Shown here: piece by piece, positions 57,175 through 64,000 of the stretch
How positions within the stretch are numbered: the stretch's first letter is position 1
Layout: each line of letters begins with the position of its first letter
DNA from: an uncultured delta proteobacterium
GTDB lineage: Bacteria; Myxococcota_A; Polyangia; Polyangiales; Polyangiaceae
Length of the DNA stretch: 64,000 nucleotides
Direction: 5' to 3'
Assembly (NCBI GenBank): GCA_963841435.1
Contig: CAWJCS010000001.1
Location: 1-64,000 of the forward strand
Notes under the pieces: model-generated
Told to the model about the DNA's origin: nothing
The model's database searches: none
What the model saw: the letters and a program-made list of their open reading frames with translations, nothing else
Program-made: the position numbers and the translations under genes

Positions 57175-57361
57175 CGACGACCTCCTCGGAGAGCTTCCGG
57201 ATGCGTGTGTTGGGATTGGGGCCTCTATAACGCGACCTCGGGTTCATGCGAAGGCGTCGCGACCATTTTCGGGGCTCGAACCAGGGGCCGCGCCCGGCCT
57301 TCCCGGCCCGGGTGCCTCGATTTGGCCCAGGATCGGGGCGGTTCTGCCCCGTGCGCCGCGC

Positions 57362-57703
57362 TCAGGGCACGCGGCCCATGTAGGCCAAGAGGCCGATGGT
57401 GCCGGCGATGAAGAAGACGATCAGCACGAGGCTGGAGAGTCGACTCGAGCGACGGCGATTAGGCGTGCGCAACGTTTGGAGGTGCGCCAGCGCCAGCGCC
57501 GCGATGGTCGTGAGCTTTTGCTCGGCCAGCGCGCCGCGTGCATGGTCGCCCTTCATGCCGCGATAGCGCGCCGCCGCCTCCGCGAGGCTTTCGTGCTGGC
57601 GAGAATGTTCGAGGAATGCGCGATGGGCAGCCTCGTCGTCCCAGTGGTCGAGCACCCGCTTCCACAGCGCTTCGAACACCGGAGTGCCGAGGGGGTTAGA
57701 CAC
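57362..57703 (-). CDS. Hypothetical protein with a C-terminal TM
   Basis: Overlaps the upstream gene stop; plausible composition. Confidence 0.72.
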   Translation of the reverse strand: MSNPLGTPVFEALWKRVLDHWDDEAAHRAFLEHSRQHESLAEAAARYRGMKGDHARGALAEQKLTTIAALALAHLQTLRTPNRRRSSRLSSLVLIVFFIAGTIGLLAYMGRVP

Positions 57704-58124
57704 CGATGCGCAGCTCCTGGGCGAGGCGTCGGGTGAGCGCGAAGTAGTCGCGCCGGCCGTAGGGCTCGTTCAGGATGTAAAAGTCCCGCTGGCTCAGGCC
57801 GACGCAGCCGAAACAATAGCTGCACCCGGTCAGCGACACACAGCGAATCAAGTACGAGCTCGACGAGCAGCCCTCGCTGTCCACGCAATGTTGGCAACCG
57901 ATCAAGCTCTTCGAACCCCGGCAATGCGAGCAGTCCGTCAGCATCGCGGAGCGGACGCAGAAGTGGCACCGCACGAGGCGTTCGGAGTCGCGGCAAAACG
58001 TCGAGTGCGAGCAGGCCGTGCAGCGTTCGCACTCCACGCAGGCGTCGTTGCCGCGCTCCCTGCCGAAGCTCGAGACGAGCTCGCGGAAGCGCGACTCGAA
58101 GCTCCTCGCGTCGAGATCCGCCAT
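57696..58124 (-). CDS. Cys-rich repeat protein
   Basis: Repeated C..C..C units ending CFGCVGL...FYILN..Y...DY. Confidence 0.8.
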   Translation of the reverse strand: MADLDARSFESRFRELVSSFGRERGNDACVECERCTACSHSTFCRDSERLVRCHFCVRSAMLTDCSHCRGSKSLIGCQHCVDSEGCSSSSYLIRCVSLTGCSYCFGCVGLSQRDFYILNEPYGRRDYFALTRRLAQELRIGV

Positions 58125-58132
58125 CGGCGCCT

Positions 58133-58708
58133 TCAGCCCCTGAGCGCGCGGCGGAGCTCCGACGCGGCGCTGCGGGTCAACTCCTCTTCGGCCATGTCTT
58201 CGAGGCGGCGCAGGCGCTGATCGAAGACGGGCCGCTTGAGAGGAGCCTCCCGGGCAAGGATCTCGCGAAGCGCCTCGATGGCGTCGCGCGCGAGGCTCTC
58301 GTCCAAATGCTCGAGTAGCTGGAGATGAACGGCCTGCTCGCTCGGAAAATCGAAGCCGGCTTTGCGAAAATCGTCCGCGGCGCGCGAGATCGAGCCGCGA
58401 CCGTCGCTCGCGAGCAGCCGGTCGAGCAGCCGCGCGCGCTCCCGCAGTTTGAGGTCGTCTTCCGGCCGCGTGGCGACGACGATGCGTGCTGTGCGGCGTG
58501 CCGCTGGCTCGACGACGGCGCTCCCGTCGGAAGCAGGAGCTTGTGCGCGCTCGGCGACGGGGGGCGGCACATCGGCGGCGGGATTGGACGGTCGCGCCGA
58601 GGCACGCGGGCGCGCGCTCAGGACCTCCGGGACCACGACCTGCTTCCTGTCCGAGCGCGCCCGGCGTGAACGCCGCTGTCCGGCGCGGTTCGACCGCTGT
58701 CGCTCCAT
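58133..58708 (-). CDS. Hypothetical protein
   Basis: Co-oriented in an operon-like run; helical C-terminal domain. Confidence 0.72.
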   Translation of the reverse strand: MERQRSNRAGQRRSRRARSDRKQVVVPEVLSARPRASARPSNPAADVPPPVAERAQAPASDGSAVVEPAARRTARIVVATRPEDDLKLRERARLLDRLLASDGRGSISRAADDFRKAGFDFPSEQAVHLQLLEHLDESLARDAIEALREILAREAPLKRPVFDQRLRRLEDMAEEELTRSAASELRRALRG

Positions 58709-58783
58709 TCCTGCCTCGAAAACTCGGCGCTGCCCGATCCGGGGCGCTGCCGCGTCTACACTAGCGAATCCACTCTACATAAC

Positions 58784-59494
58784 ATGCAATCCTCCGCGCT
58801 GACCATCGACCCCCCGAAGGCTCACCTCATTTTCGCCCCGCGCCCGCGTTCGAGCCGGCATTTCGCGGCCTTTTTTTCCGCAGCTCTAGGGCTTGGCTGC
58901 TCGCCCGCGCGCGAGCAAGCGCCGGCCGCCCGCACGCCGCCACGCGAGGGAGCGACGGCGCGTGACGGCCCGAGCGACGCCTCGCCCAGCGCCTTCGACA
59001 TCGTCGAGCTACCGAGCGTGCCCGTGCGACTTCGCTTGCCGTCGCCGGCGCGCTGGCACGCGACGCGAGAAGGCAGCTTCACGGTGCTCGCTCGGCGCGA
59101 AAGCAACGAACGCCTGACGCTCCGCGTGTGGCGCGCAGCGCGTCTCGTGCGACCCGAGGAGTGCGAGACCGAGGCCCGCCGGCTTCGCTCGACGTTGCCG
59201 GTGGCCGACCCGAGTACGGTCGTCGATTCGCGCCGCATCGATGCGCCTGCCGGCTACGACGTACGCTTGGTGGTGGGCGTCGAGCCGTCTGCCGAAGGGG
59301 TGCACGGTTACGCGGTCGCCGTCGGAGCGGCGGTGTCGCGTTGCTACGCCGGCGTGTACGAGATCTGGGCGGGTGGTCCTGGTGCCGTCGAGCGAGTCGC
59401 TGAGCAGCTTGCCGTCATGGTTCCGGCGGTAATCGAGACGCTCGTCGTTCCGAAGGCGGACGAGCCCGGACAGACCCGGCCGACGCGAAATTGA
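58784..59494 (+). CDS. Hypothetical lipoprotein
   Basis: LGLGC lipobox-like motif; start uncertain. Confidence 0.65.
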   Translation: MQSSALTIDPPKAHLIFAPRPRSSRHFAAFFSAALGLGCSPAREQAPAARTPPREGATARDGPSDASPSAFDIVELPSVPVRLRLPSPARWHATREGSFTVLARRESNERLTLRVWRAARLVRPEECETEARRLRSTLPVADPSTVVDSRRIDAPAGYDVRLVVGVEPSAEGVHGYAVAVGAAVSRCYAGVYEIWAGGPGAVERVAEQLAVMVPAVIETLVVPKADEPGQTRPTRN

Positions 59495-59650
59495 TTCGGA
59501 AGACGCTAAGGCTTCCTTTACACCACCTTTCGGGGTGATACTCCGTGGCCGTGAACCACGTGAGCGCTATGACCCCTCGACCGGATGGCCGACTGTCGCA
59601 CGGACGTCCTGCCGTCGAAGTCCAGGCGCACACGTCTGATGACATCGTAG

Positions 59651-60082
59651 GTGAAGATCGTAACTTACGCGCGACCAAGCGGGCGGGAGTCTGCGAACCC
59701 CAAATTGTCCGACGTACCCACTCGACTCGCTGATCACATCCGACAACTAAGACTCGAAACGGGTCTCACACAAGCCGAGCTCGCCGCGCGAGCCGGTGTC
59801 ACCGTGGAAACCGTGGCGCGACTCGAACGAGTGCTTCGCGGGCGATCGTCGGCGAATTCGAATCCCTCGCTCGAGACGCTGGTGCGTCTCGCATCGGCGT
59901 TGGGTGTCGAGGTCGCCGAGCTCCTCTCGGAGCCTTCGCGGTCACGGCCGCGCGAGGATCGCATCAGTATGATCCTGCGGACGGCGAACCCGGCAACGAA
60001 GCGTCGCGTGCTGCGTGTCGCCGAGGCGCTCGTGCGCGAGGACCACGCCGAAGAGCGGCCCGTCGCGCGTAAACGGCGCTGA
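59651..60082 (+). CDS. XRE-family HTH transcriptional regulator
   Basis: IRQLRLETGLTQAELAARAGVTVETVARLE...NPSLETLVRLASALGV. Confidence 0.88.
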   Translation: MKIVTYARPSGRESANPKLSDVPTRLADHIRQLRLETGLTQAELAARAGVTVETVARLERVLRGRSSANSNPSLETLVRLASALGVEVAELLSEPSRSRPREDRISMILRTANPATKRRVLRVAEALVREDHAEERPVARKRR

Positions 60083-60148
60083 GCGAACGCGGTCGGACCC
60101 GCGGCCTCCCCGCGAAACCAACCGCGACGCGCCGGATGGCGCGGAGCG

Positions 60149-61462
60149 TCAGCCGAGCTGTGCGACGGCGCGCTCGATGCGCCGGCGTTGCGACGGCGTG
60201 GTTTCGCCGACCGTCACGAGCGAGAGGCGATCGCGACGAAAGAGTCGGCGCGCGGCGGCGCGCACGGCGAGCCGCGGGATGCGCCCGAGCTGTTCGAGTC
60301 GCGCGGCCGGTGAGCGCGCGAGGCCCGCGAGCTCGGCGAAGCCGTAGAACGCGCCGAGGTCGGCCGGCGAGTCGCCGAGTGCGTCGAGATGGAAAGCGAG
60401 ACGAGCTCGCGCCTTCTCGAGCTCGTCGTCGCGCGGACCGCTCTCCGCGAGCTCACGGGCGATGCCGAGGATCTCTTCGAGCACCTCGGGCGTGTGCTCG
60501 TGCGAGCAATCGGCCGCGAAGTCGAAGAGCCCGGTGTCCTCGTACGCTTCGTAGAGCGCCGACACGTCGTAGCAGAGGCCGCGTTCGTCGCAGATCCGGT
60601 GGTAGAGACGCGTCGAAGTACCGTCGTCGATGACCCTGAGCAGCAGGTCGGTCGCGGCGGCGTCGCGGTCGCGCTCGCCGGCCGCGCGAAACGCGAGACG
60701 TAGCGCCGTCTGGCTCGAAGCGTCGCGCACGTGAACGATCCGTGGCCCGCGCGCGGGCCGCGCGGGTGTGGTTTTTGGTGCGCGGCCGCGACCGAGCGCG
60801 AAGGCGTGCCCGACGTGCGAAACCAGCCCCCGCTTCGAGAAGCGCCCGGCGATGGTCACGACGATCGCCGAGGTGTAATGCTTGGCGTGGTGGCGGCGCA
60901 GGGCGGTCGTGCCGAAGCGCGAGAGCGTGCGCAGCGTGCCGGCGATGGGAAGGCCGAGTGCGTGGTTCGGGAAGGCGGCCTCGCGCAAAAGGTCGTCCGG
61001 TCCCACGCGGCGCCCGCGCGAGTCGATCGTTTCGAGGATCTCCTCGCGAACGATGCCCCGTTCGATTTCGATTTGATCGAACACCGGTTCGCGGCACACC
61101 TCGGCGAGTAGCTCGATCACCTCGAGCACGGCAGCCGGCGGCACGGAGACGGAAAGCACGCCGTGATCGACGTACGTCGTCGCGCCGAGCGTGCCGCCCA
61201 GGCGTTCGAACGAAAGTGCCTGCTCGTGCGCGGACGGATGGCGCGCCGTCCCGCGGTGCATCATGTGCTCGAGAAAGTGGCTGATGCCGTTCTCGGCAGG
61301 GCGCTCGAAGCGAGAGCCCACGCGCACGTGGACGCTCACTGCCGTGCTGCGCGCATGCGGCATCGGTACGAGGATGATGCGCAAGCCGTCGGTTAGACGG
61401 TGGCGCTCCACCCCCGGTCCGTCGCCGTCATTCGTTGGGGTCGGCCTTCGTGTCCTCGCCAT
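60149..61462 (-). CDS. M16 family (pitrilysin-like) peptidase
   Basis: GSRFE...GISHFLEHM (HxxEH), ERGIVREE and RLYHRICDERGLCY. Confidence 0.92.
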   Translation of the reverse strand: MARTRRPTPTNDGDGPGVERHRLTDGLRIILVPMPHARSTAVSVHVRVGSRFERPAENGISHFLEHMMHRGTARHPSAHEQALSFERLGGTLGATTYVDHGVLSVSVPPAAVLEVIELLAEVCREPVFDQIEIERGIVREEILETIDSRGRRVGPDDLLREAAFPNHALGLPIAGTLRTLSRFGTTALRRHHAKHYTSAIVVTIAGRFSKRGLVSHVGHAFALGRGRAPKTTPARPARGPRIVHVRDASSQTALRLAFRAAGERDRDAAATDLLLRVIDDGTSTRLYHRICDERGLCYDVSALYEAYEDTGLFDFAADCSHEHTPEVLEEILGIARELAESGPRDDELEKARARLAFHLDALGDSPADLGAFYGFAELAGLARSPAARLEQLGRIPRLAVRAAARRLFRRDRLSLVTVGETTPSQRRRIERAVAQLG

Positions 61463-63158
61463 AGCGCAGGTCGATCTTGAGCTTGTTGCCAGCGGCGCGG
61501 CGCAGGTCCGCCACGTAGCGCGTCAGCGCTTCGTTGCCCTTGGCATCGGTGAGCACGCGGAGCAGCGCCCACTTCTCCTTCTCGAACTCTTCTTTCGAGG
61601 CCGGAGTCTTCTCCTTGAGCTGCATCACGACGAAACCGGTTGCCGTCTCGATCGGGCTCTCGATCACGCCTTCGGGCTCGAGCTCGAAGGCCCGGGCCGC
61701 AAGCGGCTCGCGGGCGATCACGTCCGGCAGCGGATTGCCCGAGATCGTGAAGGGTGGCGACACCTCGAAGTGAGGGCGGTTCGCGGCGAGCGCCGCGGGA
61801 GACGCCGTGGCCTCGCCAGCTTTGTCCTTGGGCTTCGTCGCCGTGGCGTCTCGCGTCACGTCGTCGATGAGCACGCGCGCGATCTCCTCGAGCTTGCCGC
61901 CGGCCTTGGCCTGCTTGATGAGCTCGCTCGCAAAGGCCCGCATGGCGTCGTTTTCGGCGGAGACGAGATAGAGCCCGCGCGCTACCTGACGCCGTCCCTC
62001 GCGCTCGACGTTGCCCGCCTCGAGCGTGCCCACGCGCTCGAGCAACACGAGGCCGCTCGGTGTCTCGAGCGGGTCGCTCAAGGCGCCCGGCGCGAGCGGC
62101 TTGGCAGCGGCGACGAGCACGTCCGAGCCCGGTCCCCAAGCGTCGTTGAGGCAGCCGACGAGCCCACCGAATGGCGCGCTCGGCGCGCCGCTCGCTTCGC
62201 GCGCCACCCGCGCGAAGTCCTCGCCCTTTTGCACGCGGGTGCGCAACGCGGTGAGCTGCTCGCGCACGCGACCCTTTTCCTCCGCATCCGCTTGGGGCGC
62301 GAGCGGCAGCACCACCTCGCGCACGAGCGGGCAGCCGGCCTCGAAGCCCTTCTGGGCGTCTTTGAAGGCGCGGTCAATCTCGACACCGTGCATGCCCATC
62401 CAACGCTCGAGCGCGGCGTCCGACGTGTCGACCACGTAGGTTCCGAACCAGCTTCCGTCGAGTACGACGCTGCGGACGACCGCCTTGGAGCGACCCCGCT
62501 CGAACACCGAGCGCGCCTCGCTTTCCGACACACGAGCCCGCGAGCGAACGATTTCGCGCATTCGTTCGGCGACCATTTCCCGCTCCTGCGCCGCCCGGAA
62601 TTCCTTTGGGCCGCGATTGGCGAGGATTCTGATCTCGCGCTCGTAGAGCTTGTAGTCGAAGGGCTCGTCGGGCGTGCGGCGCACGCGGAGCTGGCGAATG
62701 CCGAGCGTCGTGCCAGGCTCGCAACCGTAACCGCGCTCCTGCGGCCGGCAGAGCCCGAGCCGGTACGCGAGCTGCTCGGCGTCGGCGGCCGGTAGCGAGA
62801 CGTGGGCGCGCCCGGCTGCGAGCTCCTGCTCGAGGACCTCGTCGCTCACCCCGATTCCGAGCCGCAGGGCTTCCGCGTACAAGAGCTCGCGCTCGGCGAG
62901 ACCGTCGAGGGTCCGGCGCTTGAGCGCGAGGGTGCGCACGTCCTTGGGCTGGATGCCTCGTGGAACCAGCAGGCCGTAGGCGGCGAAGTAGTCCTTGGCG
63001 TCCAGGCATTCCCCGCCGAAGTCAACGGCACACTCCGTGGAGAGGTGCGCTGTCGGGTTACCGCGACCGGCCCGGAACTCGAGCGCGAACACGACGATGA
63101 TCAGGAAGACGATCCCGCCGAGGATCGTCTTGCCGAGTCCGTTCGAGAAGCTCAGCAT
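61428..63158 (-). CDS. SurA-N / PpiC-type peptidyl-prolyl isomerase (PpiD-like)
   Basis: N-terminal TM, LAERELLYAEA..LG..VSD, GEDFARVAREAS and SDPLETPSG. Confidence 0.8.
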   Translation of the reverse strand: MLSFSNGLGKTILGGIVFLIIVVFALEFRAGRGNPTAHLSTECAVDFGGECLDAKDYFAAYGLLVPRGIQPKDVRTLALKRRTLDGLAERELLYAEALRLGIGVSDEVLEQELAAGRAHVSLPAADAEQLAYRLGLCRPQERGYGCEPGTTLGIRQLRVRRTPDEPFDYKLYEREIRILANRGPKEFRAAQEREMVAERMREIVRSRARVSESEARSVFERGRSKAVVRSVVLDGSWFGTYVVDTSDAALERWMGMHGVEIDRAFKDAQKGFEAGCPLVREVVLPLAPQADAEEKGRVREQLTALRTRVQKGEDFARVAREASGAPSAPFGGLVGCLNDAWGPGSDVLVAAAKPLAPGALSDPLETPSGLVLLERVGTLEAGNVEREGRRQVARGLYLVSAENDAMRAFASELIKQAKAGGKLEEIARVLIDDVTRDATATKPKDKAGEATASPAALAANRPHFEVSPPFTISGNPLPDVIAREPLAARAFELEPEGVIESPIETATGFVVMQLKEKTPASKEEFEKEKWALLRVLTDAKGNEALTRYVADLRRAAGNKLKIDLRYGEDTKADPNE

Positions 63159-63292
63159 GGGGGCGGGGGACTACCACGCAGCGGGCCCGGAATCCAAGCA
63201 GCGCCGCGCCGCCCGCCCCGGCCCCCTTGCGATTGCCCTTGCATGGGGCGGGTCGTTGCCCCAGGCAAGGTCCTGCCAAGGAGCAAAACACC

Positions 63293-63802
63293 ATGTACTA
63301 CCTCGCGATTCGCCAGTTCGCTCGCACCCTCCGAGTTCTGGACGCCATTTTGGCCAAGGCGGAGCGCTACGCCGCGGGGCGCGGCTTCGACGTGAATCAA
63401 TTCATCGGCATGCGCCTCGCGCCCGACATGCTTCCCTTCGTGGTTCAGGTCCGCATCGCCTGCGACCACGCGAAGAACGCGGCGGCGAACCTTTCGGGCA
63501 AGCCGGCGCCCAAGCACGAGGACGACGAGAAGACCTTTACGGACCTCCATGCGCGCATCGGCAAGGCCCTCGCCTTCATCGAGAGCCTCGTCGAAAAGGA
63601 TTTCGAGGCCACGCCTCCGGATCGTTTGATCGCGCTGCCGACCCCCAAGGGCAAGGCGCTGCGCGCGAACGACTACCTCTTGTCCCGCCAGATCCCGAAC
63701 TTCTTTTTCCACGTCACGACGGCTTACGCCATCTTGCGCCACGGCGGCGTGGACCTAGGCAAGACCGATCTCTTGGGTCCGCTCGAGCTCGTCAACGCCT
63801 GA
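63293..63802 (+). CDS. DUF1993 family protein
   Basis: RLAPDMLPFVVQV and PNFFFHVTTAYAILRHGGVDLGKTD; AGGAG RBS. Confidence 0.9.
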   Translation: MYYLAIRQFARTLRVLDAILAKAERYAAGRGFDVNQFIGMRLAPDMLPFVVQVRIACDHAKNAAANLSGKPAPKHEDDEKTFTDLHARIGKALAFIESLVEKDFEATPPDRLIALPTPKGKALRANDYLLSRQIPNFFFHVTTAYAILRHGGVDLGKTDLLGPLELVNA

Positions 63803-63806
63803 CCGC

Positions 63807-64000
63807 TCAGGGGCGCGCCGCGACCTTGGTCACGCCGAGGGCATAGCGAAGCTCGGTGTAGAGCTCGGCTTCGTCCGCCACGCGGCGCTCGTAGCTCACT
63901 TCGTACGAGGTATCGAGTGTGCGCGAGCGGTCGCTCGGATCCCAAATCGGCACCGCCGTCGCGCCGATCTCCGCGTAGCCCTTCGCGACGAGATCGGCGC
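63807..64000 (-). CDS. 3' end of a hypothetical gene running off the window
   Basis: Open frame ADLVAKGYAEIG...ELRYALGVTKVAARP* with host codon bias. Confidence 0.6.
   Translation of the reverse strand, partial: ADLVAKGYAEIGATAVPIWDPSDRSRTLDTSYEVSYERRVADEAELYTELRYALGVTKVAARP

Noticed and set aside
9061-63846. Many long overlapping Arg/Ala-rich ORFs in the track (e.g. 37897-40317, 22395-24653, 48736-50463)
   Set aside because: Expected alternative-frame artefacts of high GC that overlap genes with clear family motifs.
63835-63880. tRNA-like start (GGGCATAGCGAAGCTCGGT)
   Set aside because: No T-arm GTTCGA or acceptor stem; the region is coding on the minus strand.

Overview
GC-rich bacterial window, most consistent with a myxobacterium (Polyangiaceae-like: eukaryotic-type Ser/Thr kinases, PEGA/TPR, Gly-rich lipoproteins, VWA lipoprotein). 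Bases 1-8.7 kb are an integron. It has an IntI-type integrase (7941-8717, minus strand) with an apparent in-frame internal deletion, a likely attI downstream of the integrase 3' end (inverted-integrase layout), seven attC sites and eight cassettes, and an IS630-family element at the left end. The cassettes include a PIN toxin-antitoxin pair with its own promoter, an RxxxxH (HEPN-like) protein, an apparently ORF-less cassette and, most notably, an inverted cassette encoding a 530-aa UG/Abi (DRT-like) reverse transcriptase. That RT has an acidic, Tyr-containing tail and lies just downstream of an unusually long 167-bp attC hairpin. The remaining ~55 kb is ordinary chromosome: Phe/Tyr catabolism (phhA, hppD, hmgA, maiA, fahA), aroC, chorismate mutase, hflX, mfd, purM, pstS plus a porin, pal-tolQRAB, a ppiD-like gene, an M16 peptidase, kinases and an HtrA-like protease pair with a LuxR regulator. 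Several single-base frameshifts (IS630, two cassette genes, a peptidase) may be sequencing errors. All calls come from motif recognition by eye; no database search was run.
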